Shown here one piece after another: positions 11,775 through 24,524 of a DNA stretch of 64,000 nucleotides. Under the pieces are notes generated by a model. The model ran no database searches and was not told the DNA's origin. It saw nothing but the letters and a program-made list of their open reading frames with translations. Location: the NCBI GenBank assembly GCA_958009085.1, contig OY253676.1:372001-436000 (forward strand). The letters are read 5' to 3'. The stretch is from Protoeuglena noctilucae. Lineage: Eukaryota. How positions within the stretch are numbered: the stretch's first letter is position 1; each line of letters opens with the position of its first letter. Both the position numbers and the translations under genes were made by a program.

Positions 11775-13505
11775 CTAAATGAAGGGCAGCAGGACATACT
11801 CGGCGTAGAAGAGGTTCCAGATGTTGCGGTAGAAGCCCTGGATGCTGCGCTTGGAGAACCCCTCGCGGTCGGCCTGGATGGCGACCGACACGAGGAAGGC
11901 CGCGTAGACAGCGTGCGCCCCCGCCATGACCGGGACGCAGAAGACACCGGGCTTGGTGACGGCAAGCACGGCGGCGGCCACGTAGTTGGCCAGCAGGAGC
12001 GAGACGGCGCCCCAGGCGATGCGCCGGACGCCGAGGCGCGTGGCGAACGTCTCGATGCCAAACTTGCGATCCCCCTCGACGTCCGGGAGGTCCTTGGTGA
12101 TCGCAATCACCGTCGCGAAGACCGTCACGAAGCACGTGATGAACAGAATGGCAGGGGACCACTGGAACGGAAGCCTGCACCGCAGGTGGCACGGGAATGA
12201 ATGAATGCCTGCAGGGTCGGGGGTACTGCCCGCCAGAGGCACGGCGGTCGCTCCGCAGCTCACCTGAGGGCGGCCCGGGTGGCGTAGTACACGCCGAAGT
12301 TGAGGAGGAAGCCCCGCACGGTGGCAATGATGAGGAAGGCGGGGACGGCGAACTGCTTCAGGCGCAGGGGCGGCACCGAGTACACGGTCCCGAGCAGGAG
12401 GCCCGTGGAGTACAGGGACGCGATGAAGGGGCCGAAGTGGACGTAGGACAGCGTGACGCCCAGGGCAGCCAGGCCCAGGCAGAGGACCTGGAAGCACGCA
12501 GCCAACGACGCATCGTAGTCGAGCCTCCACTGCTGGTGTCAATCAGAGACGACCTGGCTCAAGAAAGCCAGTAAGCAGCCCCGTCCTCAAAGCACATCAT
12601 GCCTTATGCCGTCGCACTCACCCACGCCACTGGCTTGGACAGCTCCCCCGCAGCGACGGGCAAGAAGGGCTTGTTCACCGCGTCGATGTCCACGTCGTAG
12701 ATCTGATTGATGCCCACGATGTACCCGTTGCCGCACAGCAGCGCCACCAGGCCTGCGACGACAGAGCCCGTCGCGTCACTGTGGCATCCACATTCTTGTG
12801 TGCTGCCCAAGGCAAAGGGAGCATGAGGTCTCACCCATGAGCGCCCTGGGAAATAGGGTCCAATCGACGAGCCCCGCGTTCTCCACCAGCGCCCGCGACA
12901 CCACCATCGTCGTCCCAAGCACTGAGGTGGGCACATGCGCACGGTTTTCCAAAGCTGTTCCCAAGGAGCGCACGCATCCGCTATGCCGATCGCCACGTTC
13001 TTCTCACACCTGTCCCTCGGATGGTGTGGGGCCTCAGGAACTTCCAGAACGCCTGCAGGAAGCCCGCCAGGCCGCCCGCCGTCGCGCGGCCCATCCCCTC
13101 CACGCCGCCTGCCCCGGAGTCATCCGCGGGATAGGACGTCCCCACCGCCGCATTGCACGTCTGACCGACGCGCGCGCCCGTCTCCGGGGCCGGCGGGCAG
13201 CGCCTGGCTCTGCTTTCGAGCACCGACGCGGACGCCACCCTCCAGGGGCCGGAACGCACACAGCCCCGGCCCTGCCCCGAGCGCTCGGCGCGTACATCCG
13301 CCCTGCGTGGACGGAAGGGGCAAACTCGGTGAGAAACTTCAAATCGCGGTCCCGGGGGTGGATAGGCTGTTCGTGGCTGGCCCGGCTCGTCTGCTGAGGC
13401 CACGTGCGACACAACGCGGCACTGCCAACAGGCACTCAATGATCGGAAAAAGCGATGGGTAAGGCAACCAGCATCCCAAGACGCGCGCCGGGGCAGCGGG
13501 AGCAT
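11775..13505 (-). CDS. HST: Homogentisate solanesyltransferase (plastoquinone biosynthesis, UbiA family); start uncertain
   Basis: Motifs [60 protein letters not shown] and [19 protein letters not shown]. Confidence 0.93.
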
Positions 13506-14053
13506 GGCGGCAAGTGTTGGCGAGCGATGCGCGACCACGATCAGAGCCGGGCACCCCCGCGAGTGCAGCTGCTGCATGCCCTCACATTTGCATGACAGCG
13601 GGCGAGACGCCTGGCAGTCCCCGCGCCTGCATCAGGCGTCCCTTCACAGCCCAGAGAGATGACACACGATGGAAGTGCGATGCCTCTTCGAGAAAGCGTG
13701 GATATGATGATAGTGCACAGAAGCGCCCAGCCGAACGAATTTCCCAGCCGCCAGACCCTGACTCCGGCCCGACTTGGCCACGGCGAGTCGTTTTCCCATC
13801 CTCACGGGCTCACGACCCTCTCCACATTGCGCAATCATCGCAAGGCGGGCGCCATAGCGAGGCAACAAGTCGCAGGGGCGTTTTTCCCGTTGCAGGACTT
13901 TGGGTCTCTTTTCAGGACGACCTGCGCTTCCTTTGGCGCAGCTGACGCGCCTGACCTTGTCGTTGTCGTGCCATTATCGCGCCTGTCCGAAGGGACGCTT
14001 CAGTTTGAGGCGCCGCCGCCCTTTTCAGGGCCACCAGCGGGGCACGGGACGTG

Positions 14054-17000
14054 ATGGCGCAAAAGGTCAAGAAGTCGACGAAAAAGTTCCATCAGAAGGG
14101 ACTCGATGGAGAACTCAAACGAAGGTGTTTCGCCGCCGCCGGACGGAGCCAGACTCGGGCCAGCCGGCGCCTACGCAGGGCGCGTCTACGGCGCGAGGGG
14201 GTCGCTCGAGCCGTTGCAAGCTCGCCTTCCACCCCTCCCCCGCAGGAAGGCCAAGAAGGCGGTGCGCAACATCGTGGAGCAGAAGGAGGAGCGTTTGAAA
14301 GCCGCGCAGGAGCGCCAGGAGGCCAATGACTTGAAAAAGAAGGCCCGCAGCGAGGTGCGAACCCCAGGGGCCGCGCGTGGCAGCGGCGTGCGCTCAAAGC
14401 GCAGCCTGTCATTCAGATGTTCCCACTGGCGGCGTCGTCGGTGTCTGCCCATGCCTTGTCTTGGCAACGGGCGCTCCCGGGTAGGCGGCGCGAGGCCCGC
14501 AACTCCTGCCACGGCCGTCCCGCGGACCCTGGGCCCCGCAGGCGGCCGCGGCGATGGACGTGGACAGTTTCCTGGACGGCGGGTTTGAGCGGCTGGCCGG
14601 GAGTGACTCGGAGGACCTGCCGAGCACCGCGGGCTCCGACTCCGACACCGACTCTGGCGCGTCAACTGACTCAGAGGACATGGACGACGAGGAGGTGTTG
14701 AAGATGCTGGAGGAGGCGAGGGAGGAGGCGGAGAGGGGGGCGGCGGATGAGGACGGGCCGTCGTCGTCGGCATCGGACGACGAAGAGGACGGGGCTGACC
14801 CGGCGATCGCTGCCAAGACGCGCGTGCTGCGGGACAGCATCCGCAGCCACAAGGAGCAGCTGGAGCAGCTCAGGCGAGAAAGGGACGCGCGTGCAATCAC
14901 CTCAGCAGGACGTGTGAATGGCATCGGCCCAGACATTCCCTGGAACACAGCATGGGAACTTGCATTGGCTGGGCTCGTCATTGCAGGGAGCAGGACCCTG
15001 CGTTCTATCAATACCTGGCCGAGACGGACAAGAACTTGCTGGCGTTTGGGGAGGGCGACAAAGACGCTGGGGAGGACGGTGAGGGGGGTTGCCGCGGGAA
15101 AGGGCGGACTGACTGGGCAAACAGCAGGGTCATGATCTGGAATGCGCTGGTTCTCGTTTGGAGTCGCAGAGGAGGAGGAGGACGGGGCGGCGAAGGAGGG
15201 TGAGAGCGATGAGGAGGAGGCGGATGGGGCGGGGCGCGCCCGGCGGCTCGTGGCGACCACAGAGCTCGTGGACGGGTGGTGTGCTGCGGCCAAGGAGCGC
15301 GCGTCGCAGGCCACGACCGCGGTGTTGCTGAAGGCCTACCGCGCGGCCTGCCATTACGGTGCGGAGGACGACGGAGACGGGGCCGTGTCTCAGGAGATGC
15401 TCATCACGTCGCCTGCCGTGTTCAACCGCCTCATGCTCTTCGTTCTCAAGGTGCGCGGGCGCCACGGGGGTGCGGGAGGTGCGAGCAGAGCGCAGGGGGG
15501 GCAAAGCCTCTCGGGGTTGGGAAGCAGGCGTGGCGAGGCGAGCTCTACAGCCTGCTGCAGCACATGCCACCGTGCGTTGCTTAAGAGCTTCACGTCCTTC
15601 TCGCCGAACGCAACTTTGCTGCCTCCTTGCAGGAGATCCACGGCATCTTTTTGCGGATGCTGTCCCTCGAGGGCCGCAAGTCCGTGACGCACGAGGACAT
15701 CGCCAAGTCGCCGCGGTGGAAGAAAGTGGAGCCGCTCGTGCGGACCTATCTGGGCAACACGCTGCAGGCGAGAAGCCAGAGGCTGGAGCGATGCACGAGG
15801 CCTTGCGCGGCCACGCAACCATCTGCTAATTGACATTCATCGTTTGCGTCATCTATGCCAATGCTCTCTTTTGCCTTCTGACACGCTTTCCTTAACATCC
15901 ATCCTCAACACCCACCCACCACTTTTGCCGCTGCCCCCCCAGGTCCTGCGCACCGTCACCGACCGCGGCCTCCTCGCCTTCGTGCTCCGCCGTCTGCGCG
16001 CCTCGGTGCCCCTGATGCTGGGCATGAACAAGGTGCAATCGAAGCTCCTCAAGCAGGCGGTAGAGTTGTTCCGGGACGGAGAGCGCAAGGCGCGGATCCA
16101 GGCCTTCCTCCTCGTACGGTGAGCCACGGCGAGCGAGCGAGACCATGCTGTTTGAAACAAGGCTGGTGGTGCAGTGAGGTAGTGAAGACACATAGCTGTA
16201 GAGTCATGTTTGGTACAGACAGATTGACGTGGTGGCGGTCAATGCCTGCCCTGTGTCTTGCCGCACATGCGACCGCTGCGTCTTCTCCCGTTACCATCCC
16301 AGGGAGATGGGCATGTCGCTGCCGGACCCTGCACTCGAGGACGCCCTGAAGGCACTGGTCAAGGCATATGCGGGGCAGGCCAAGCTGATGACCGCGGCCA
16401 GTGCCCCGCACCTCAACTTCATGGCGTCGTGCATCTCCGAGATGCTCTCCGTGGACCCCGCCGCGTCCTACGCCCTCGGATTCACCTACGTCAAACAGGC
16501 GAGGACTGCGGGCATGCTATCACGAGCATTTGTCGCTATGAGCATGGCCATGCTGCCATGGATGCAGTGAGGCATCAAGGGTCCAGGGGATAAGCAGGGA
16601 GTGTTTTTAAACTTACTCATCCTTACCCTTGACTCGGTTGGTGACCCATGCCAACGTGACCACCATCCAAAGCCACCCGACCTCCCATAACTTACCGTTC
16701 CCTCGCCCCCCGCCCCCAGCTGGCCATGCGCATGCGTGCCGCGCTCACCCAGCGCACGAAGGAGGCCTTCCGCGAGTGCTACAACTGGCAGTACATCAAC
16801 TGCCTGGAACTCTGGGCACGCGCCCTGGCCGCCCACCACGACCGCTCCGAGCTGCGGCCTCTTGTGTACCCCGTCACCCAGGTGAGGCAGCCAAGCGATG
16901 ATGATAGTGATGAGAATTATGTTCAGTAAATAGTAGACAAAAGGCGCCATGTTTAACAGGTGCGCGGCTGATGGCAACTGGCAGACATCACTTCCACCCT

Positions 17001-18796
17001 AGCATACTTCACCTCCCTCACGATCTAACCCACCCCCGCAGCTCCTGCTGGGCTGTGCGCGCCTCGTGCCCACGCCCCGCTACTTCCCTCTGCGCCTGCG
17101 CTGCGTGGCCATGCTCAACCAGCTCTGCCGGGCCACGGACTCCTTCGCGCCCATCGCCCCGGTCCTTCTGGAAATGCTCGACTTCTCCGGGTTCAAGAAA
17201 CGTGCTAAGGCACCCGGCGCGCCCCACGACATGGGTCTCATCCTGCGGGTGTCCAAGAGCGCCCTGCGCACCGCATCCTTCCAAGACGTGTCGATGGAGG
17301 GCCTGCTGCTGGCCCTGGCCGACCACCTCGCGCAGTGGAGCTGCCACGTCGCCTTCCCGGAGCTCGCCTTCCCGGTGCTCGTAAGGCTGAGGCGGTTCGC
17401 CAAGGCGAGTGGGCGGGGCACTGGGATGAACGATGGGGCATGCTATGGGCATGTCCTCACCTGTGAATACGCCTGACCTGCAACGGTCTTGAGAATGGGG
17501 TGATGCGATGAGCGTGTCGTTACCTTCTGCGAAAGCCCTCTTACATGCTATGCTCTCCCCCACTCCCTGCAGTCCACCAACGCTGAGAAGCTCCGCCGCC
17601 ACGTCCGCGCCTTCTCGGCGGCAGTCGAGCGTAACATGGAGTGGGTCGGGCTGAAGCGCGACGGGGTGGACTTCAGCCCCAGAGACGCGGACAAGATCGC
17701 GGCGTTTCTGGCGCAGGAGAACGCCAGGGGCGCGAGCCCCGTGCAGCAGCTCGCGAGGCAGCTGGAGCAGCGGGCACGCGAGCGGCGCAGCGCCATGCAC
17801 ACCGAAGAGGTGCTGGTTGGGGAGGGCGGGGGCGCGGAGGAAAGTGAGGACGAGGATGAGGACGATGGGGAGGACGGGGAGGAGGAGGAGTGGCTGGGGG
17901 AGGTGAGAGGGGTGGGAGACGGTTCGCGAGCACAGCGAGGTTCGTTTGCGTGGTGGGAGGGTGAGGTGGGGCGCAGCAGAATGCTTGTGGTTGGAAAGCG
18001 GAAGTGTGCGCGTTGCAATGTATGGCTGATTCGCGACTGCTTTTGCTCGCATGCCCCAGGCTGCTGGTCTTCTGCAGTTCCATCATGCCTCACGCTTTGT
18101 GAACTCTGTTACAACGCTTGCAGAAGCCCGAGGAGGGCAGGGGAGGCGACGACAGCGATGGCGAGGATGGCGGTGAGGACGATGGCGACGAGGAGCTGCC
18201 GCGGACGCCCGGGCCGCGGGTGTCTCGGGAGGGGCGGCGCGGTGGTCGCGCGAGGGTGGCCAACGGGGGCGGAGGGTGGGACGACGGGCTGGGAAGCGAC
18301 GAGGACGACCAGGTGGAGGACTTTGTGATGAGTGGGAGCGAAGACGAGGATGTGGAGGATGGGGGGAGCAGAAAGGGGCGCGCCAAGGTGAGGAGGGAGC
18401 GGTAGACAGCGGTGGGGCATGGAGAGGTGTGGGACTTGGTTGGGCGTGGTGGCAATCCTGGTGTCTCTGCTTTGATTTAGAGAGAGTGTGGGTGGCAAGG
18501 GGTTATGGTGGCCGTGCGTGCAGGGGAAGGGCAGCAAGGGCGTGGATGGGAGGGGCGGGAGGGGCGGGGAGGGCGTCAAGAGGGGTGGGGCTGGGAAGGG
18601 CGGGAAGGGTAAGCCGGGGCTGGGGGCGCGGGACGCGGGGGTGAGGAAGCATGGTGGGGGTGGGAAGGGGCCGGATGGTCGCAAGTGGAAGCCCGCGTTT
18701 GATGGGGCTGCGACGGAGGGGCAGCTGTGGAAACGTGGCCGGGGGTGCAAGGAGGGGTCCGGGAAGAAGGCCAAAGGCAGCGGGGGCAGGAAGTGA
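14054..18796 (+). CDS. NOC2: Nucleolar complex protein 2 homolog (60S biogenesis), about 13 exons, acidic tracts and a G/K/R-rich tail
   Basis: Motifs MDVDSFLDGGF, HKEQLEQLREQDPAFYQYL, KAYRAACHYG, ECYNWQYINCLELW, LVYPVTQ, PTPRYFPLRLRC and HVAFPELAFP. Four GC-AG introns are needed to keep the frame. Confidence 0.93.
16890..16975 (+). ncRNA. Candidate intronic box C/D snoRNA
   Basis: Lies inside the NOC2 intron 16882-17041. ATGATGA (16898-16904) and GTGATGA (16907-16913), then CTGA (16968-16971), flanked by GCCA/TGGC. Locally AT-rich. Confidence 0.3.
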
Positions 18797-19063
18797 GGCG
18801 GTTGTTACTTGATTGGGTTTAGGTACATGGTTGCGTGTCGAGAGGCGAGAGGCGAGAGGCGAGCTGAGCTGTTGGAAGCACACATCCTTGTCGACTCGAT
18901 TGAAAACGTCCCAGTGTCTTTTCACAGAAGAAAGCGTCAACGCTTCGCATGGCCAGGTGATCATCGCCAGCTGACCCACACCCCATCGCAAACGCTGCCT
19001 TATCCACGCAGCCGCCCTTGGCCCCAACCTCACAGCAACCGTCCCCGCCAGCCACTGCTGTAC

Positions 19064-19161
19064 CCACACCCCACCCTGTACATGCTTGCCCTCAAATGCG
19101 TACACACTCCACACCCCACCTCGTACATGCTTGCCCTCCAATGCGTACCAACTCCACACCC
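19064..19161. repeat. Degenerate 45-bp tandem repeat (2.2 copies) between the convergent NOC2 and HAS1 stops
   Basis: ccacaccccaccctgtacatgcttgccctcaaatgcgtacacact followed by ccacaccccacctcgtacatgcttgccctccaatgcgtaccaact and a partial third copy. Confidence 0.85.
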
Positions 19162-19188
19162 ACACCCCCCCCCCGCACCCGTTCACAA

Positions 19189-22100
19189 TCAGATGCGTAC
19201 GAACTGCCGGGTGTCCTTTTGATCCTTCGCACCGTGGGGGTTGGCTGCTGAGAATCCATGCCCCGTCCCCCGTCGGTCGCCCCCGACCTTCTTCCGCGTG
19301 TGGCGGGCCTTGGATTCGATGTTCAGGTTCACCTTGGGGGGCACTGCGAGGTGGGTGGGATGGCAAGAGGCAATGGACCGTAGACGACCTGTGAGCTGTG
19401 CGGTGCGGTGCGCAAGCGAAGCACACGGTTGCCGATCCGCAAGTGTTGCTAAGCGTCGGGGTGGAAGCGTGCGGCAACAAGTGAATGCCCTCGTCAGTGC
19501 GTGTGCATGTGCGTGCGTGTTTGTTTGCCATCTGTCTCTGCACTCGCCTGGGAACCCAAAGGACTTGGACAGGCCCTGGAGGTCGAGGGTGTGCACGTTG
19601 AAGATGTCCTTGAGCTGGTGGCTGTTGTAGGCCAAGAGGTACGACCTGAGGGGATCGAGAGGTGGGTGCGATGGTCGGTGCGATGGCGGGCGTTGGGTGG
19701 GGTGGGCGTGGGGTGTGCGTGGGGTATGCACGAGGGGCAGCGCAGGGTAGCCTCACCGGTATGCGTCCTTTGCGGACTGGTGAAGGTAGTAGTTCTTCGA
19801 CACCAGCTTCTCCAATTGGCTCTGCACGTTGGCCATCTTGCTGGTGGGGAAGTCGTACTCGTTCAGCGGCACACGGGCGGCTTTGAGATACCTGCGGGCA
19901 ATGGGAAGACCATAGAAATGGCGAGTGAGAGACCGCCCATGGTGAGAAACTGCCAGAACCATGGCATGCGGGGGGTCGATCATCCCCGTGCCTGACATCT
20001 TACCCCAAGACATGGTGCGGCAAGTTGAGGGGCCAGTATTATACACAATACACAACTGATAACCTCAAAAGCTCACTTGAGGAATCCGAGCTCTTCAGGC
20101 ATGAGCATGAGCAGCGCCCGCCCGCGCCCGTTGCGCCCTCGCGCCGTCCGCCCCACCCGGTGGATGTACTCTCGAGGGTCATCCGGGGGATCGAACTGAA
20201 TGATCCAGTCGACGGCGGGGATGTCCAGGCCACGGGCCGCCACGTCTGCGCGGAGGGCGAAGCGGGAGCGGAGACTTCACGACGCCACCCGGGTCACTTC
20301 CCGCAGCTCATACTCAACCCAGGCCCTCACCCGTGCAGAGCAGGATGCCCTTGTCGGCCTCGCAGAACTCGAAGAAGGTCGTCGTGCGCTTCTGCTGCTT
20401 CTGCTTGCCGTGGATGTCGCGGACGGGCACGTCGATGTAGTTGAGGAGCTCTGAGTAATACTTGACGGCGTTGCAGCTCGAGAAGAACACCATGACCTGC
20501 GAAAGGGGAGGTTGTCACAGGCACTGGTAATCCAGTACCACTGTGCTGGCTTAAATACGGTATGGCTTAGAATTTGGTTGAGTGTCTGCACCCCACCCAA
20601 CACCATACAACAACGCCAGGGTGCTGTGCCGGCTCACCTTCTTGCCGAGGTTCTTCTTCAGAAACGTGAAGAGCAGGAGGAAGCGCTTGTCCGCCGGCAC
20701 CACGCAGTAACCCTGCTCCAGGCCCTCCCGGGTGGCCGTTTCCCTCGAGTCGTCCACGCCCACGTAGATGGGCTTCTTTTTAAACGAGAGCCTCGCGAGG
20801 TCCTCCACCTTCGTCGTCTGCAAAGCACACGCACGAGAGAGGTGCTCAGCGGCGGTGTTATGGGAGGCGGATGTCGCAGTGAGGTGGGTGTGCATGGCGC
20901 GGCGTGTTGCATTGCCGCTCGCCCTGGTCAGCTGGCTGCCTGGTCACCTGCGTCGCCGAGAAGAGCATCGTCTGCCGGTCCTTGGGGAGGATCTTGACGA
21001 TCTGCCGCATCTCCTCCTCGAACCCGATCTCCAGGATGCGGTCCGCCTCGTCAATCACCAGCACGGCCAAGTTGCGGTACACGAAACCCTTCGTGTTCTG
21101 CGGGAGGCCCAGCATCGCACGGCAGCGTGACAACACCGAAACTAAGACGACCAGAAACCAAATTCCCGTGTCTCTTGCCCTAGTCTTGCCGCCCTGTCAG
21201 CCCCAAAAGGGTCCCAGCCCTCACTCAAGCACACACAGCACGTAGAAACCCTGTCTTGCCTGCAAGTGGTCCAGGAGCCTCCCCGGGGTGGCCACGACGA
21301 CGTCGACCCCCTTCACGAGCTTCTCCGCCTCGCTGCGGCGATTGGCGCCCCCCATAACGATGCCGTGGGTCTGGCTGTGGTGCCGCATCAAGTCCCGGCA
21401 CACGCCGTAAATCTGCATTGCGAGCTCCCGCGTCGGCGAGATGACCACGACGCCCGTGCCGTTGCGATGGGTGAACTTGGTCCTGTAGAGCAGCTCCACG
21501 CTGGGAACCAAAAAGGCGAGCGTCTTGCCGGACCCCGTGCGCGCTGCCCCGAGGAGGTCGCGCCCCTGCGGCCGGAACAGCGAAGTAATACGAAACGTCA
21601 CAACGCATGGTCAAGCAATGAGGCCGCACGCTGCCCTGGGCGCGCCGCTCGCCTGCAGCAGCTGTGGGATGGTGCGGGCTTGGACCTCCGTCATGTTCTC
21701 GAAGCCCATGTCGCTGATGGCCTTCTGTGTCGGTTCGGAGAGCTCCAGCGACGCGAATTTGACGTTGGACATGATGCCGGAGACGTTGGCGTGCACGTGC
21801 TCCACCTCGATGCCCAGCCGACGGCTGAAGGACCGGTGCGCGTCACTGGTCGGAGGGGGCTGCGGGAGCTCGCCGCTGCAGGGCAGGGGTCGAGAAGACA
21901 GAGTGACATGGGGTCCGGAGACACGCGGCGGGCGCGCGCGACGCGAGGGCGGCGCGACGCGCTGGCAATGCCCGTCGCCTTCCGGAGTGGCCAGCGCGCC
22001 GCCGCGGGCGCCGCACGAGTCACCTGGTCCCTGGCCGATCGTCCTCGTCGCTTGAATCGCTTGCACGCGCCTCGCCGCGCTCTTCATCCCTCTCCTCCCG

Positions 22101-22488
22101 CCTCCCAGCTGTGCTGGGCTGCCCCGCACGCGCACGCTTCACCCGGTCCCGGGCCGGAGCCTCGCCCTCCGCATCCGCGTCACCGCCCGCAGCACCATTA
22201 GCTGCTTCATGAACTGCAAGCATCATAGCGAACGTTTCTCGCATGCTCGGCGCCGTGGCGCCTTCCAACAAAGGGAAATTAGGGCACCAGCCCACGCGCG
22301 TCCGCCGCGGACGCGATGGCGGCGGCGGTGCTCGTTATCATGGACACAGAACAGCAACAATTATCTACGCACAGGCTGGGCAGCGGCGCACCGGGTGTGG
22401 CCGCAGTTTCCCTCCCGTCTCCACCGTCCTTCCCCTTGGAATTGTGCCTCTTGCGCTTCTTCTTGGCCTCCACCGCCGCTGCCGTCAT
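19189..22488 (-). CDS. HAS1: DEAD-box RNA helicase HAS1/DDX18
   Basis: Q motif GFENMTEVQ. Also [72 protein letters not shown] and [22 protein letters not shown]. Confidence 0.96.
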
Positions 22489-22935
22489 TTCGGCAATCCC
22501 CCTCCCCACACACGCTCCTGATTGCGGCCCGAGACACGTCCAGCAGGCGGCGTCCTTTCCCGTGCTTTGCTCAGGATGAGGGACGGCGCGGGTCAGCGGG
22601 CGAGGGATTCCATGCAAGCGGCACTACACGTCAGCCACATCGGGAGCGCGAGATGACCCGCCGCCACTCCAGTTTCTGGCCGTGTGCACGTCAGTGGGGT
22701 GGGCGTGCTCTCATAGCGCGGCGATGCATCCCACGCACGTCTGCCTAGCAAATTCGTACAGCATAGAGGGTCGTCGCACGCGTTCAGAGGCTGCTTTCTT
22801 GTGAAAAGCTCGCCTGGTTTGGCTGAGAAGCCATTGCTCTGTAACACTTTTCCCAACCGGGGTGCGGAGGTAGAGGCCGAGCACTAGGGCGCGCAGCGCC
22901 AGGGGAGTCGCTCGTCGCGACGAGGGGGCGTCGCC

Positions 22936-24336
22936 ATGAGCAGGTCGTCGGACGCGCAGGATGCCGTGCTGCGAGTCGTGCAAGCAAGGGATGAAGGCGT
23001 GGACGCACGGACGCTGCAGGTACTGCTTTGGTGAACGTCGTGGCCCGGCCCATCTGCTGCTGCTAGGGCTGAGAGCTAAGGCAGCGCCATTCCCGCACGC
23101 GTCCCGCCCCACCCTTGCCCGCAGGAGCTGCTCCCGGACATTTCCACGGAGCAGCTGATGTTAGCTATCAACGCATGTCTCAAGATACACCGGCTGCAAG
23201 TGTTTAAGCGCGGCGGCACGGAAATCTTCAAGGTGAGCCCTGCTTGATGGCCACAATGCGGCTCCTGAGCCGCGAAGCATCCGCGCCGCACCCAGCGCGT
23301 GCGCATCTCGAACCCTCCGCAGTACGTGACCCTCGAGGAGGCGCAGAAGCTCAAGGGACTGACCCCTGACGACATCCTCGTCCACCAGCTCATCGCGGAG
23401 GCCGGTAACTTGGGCATTTGGAGCCGGGACATCAAGCTACGCAGCAACCTGCCGCAGGGGACGATCGGGCGCATCATCAAGAACTTGGAGAGCAAGCACC
23501 TGATCAAGGCCGTCAGGTGCAGCCTGCCTCCCGTCTCGCCCTGCTATTGGCAGCAATGGGGGGCTGCAGCGGGGCCGTGCCTTCTCATTTTCGTATCGGT
23601 CTTTCCATCAGATCGGTGGAGGGTGCGAACCGGAAGGTCTACATGCTGATGGAGCTGGAGCCAGCCCAGCAGATCACGGGCGGGGCGTGGTACACGGACC
23701 GCACCCTCGACAGCGAGTTCGTGGAGAAGGCGCGGGAGATCTGCCTGCAGCTCATTCGAAAGAACAAGGTCGCGACGCTGGGGGACATCATGGGTGAGCG
23801 TGGTTCTTTAAAGGTTTAAACGCTGCGCTGCGCCACGCCACGCCACGCCACGCTGCCAGTGGGATGGTGTTATCACTGGGCGGCTCCCGTGCACTTGCAG
23901 ACTTCATCAAGCGCCACAACGTCTTCACAGTGGACCTGACGGCCACCGACGTCGATGCCGTGGTGCACACCCTCATCTACGACGGCCTGGTGGAGGAGTT
24001 TGAAGAGGACGGTGCGTGCACAAGCACTTTGCTGTAACTTGGTTAACCATTGCGACGAACATGAAGTCTGCAAAGACCATGGGGTAGCTGCACCAAGACT
24101 TCCCGACGGTTCTGTCGACGCCTCGGCGCGATGTGCTGAGATGCAGTGCAACGCCTCGTGCGTCGACCGTCCTCCCCGCAGGAGAGGACCACTTCAGGCC
24201 CGCGCGTCTTGAACCCAAGTCTTCGTCCTTTGGCACCATCCCGTGCGGCGTCTGCCCCGTCATCCACAACTGCTCGCCCGACGGGCCGGTTTCGCCCTAC
24301 ACGTGCGAGTACTTCAAGGCTTACTTCAACTTCTGA
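22936..24336 (+). CDS. RPC6: RNA polymerase III subunit RPC6 (C34/C39), 6 exons
   Basis: Motifs AGNLGIWSRDIK, KNLESKHLIKAVRSV, RKVYMLMELEPAQQITGGAWY, LDSEFV and TLIYDG. C-terminal Fe-S motif PCGVCPVIHNC...TCEYF. Confidence 0.93.
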
Positions 24337-24524
24337 GATGGCTTCGTTTGAGTCGTCTCGCAACCACCTGCTGTGCTCGTTGCGCCTCGACGGCAGCACG
24401 ACTGCAGCGTCCCCTCTCTTTGCACGCCACCATTTGAATCCCAGCAGTGCGCTCGTGTTACGCTACGCATCGGCACTCATCCTACCAATGCTGGCGCTGC
24501 CCCAGCATCTAGATGTCACAGGCA

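Noticed and set aside
19064..19161. CRISPR-like interpretation of this and other short repeats (also 4290-4347 and 61236-61276)
   Set aside because: These are head-to-tail tandem copies without unique spacers, in a eukaryotic context with no cas genes.
23830..23852. (CGCCA)n pentamer run in an RPC6 intron
   Set aside because: An ordinary short microsatellite.
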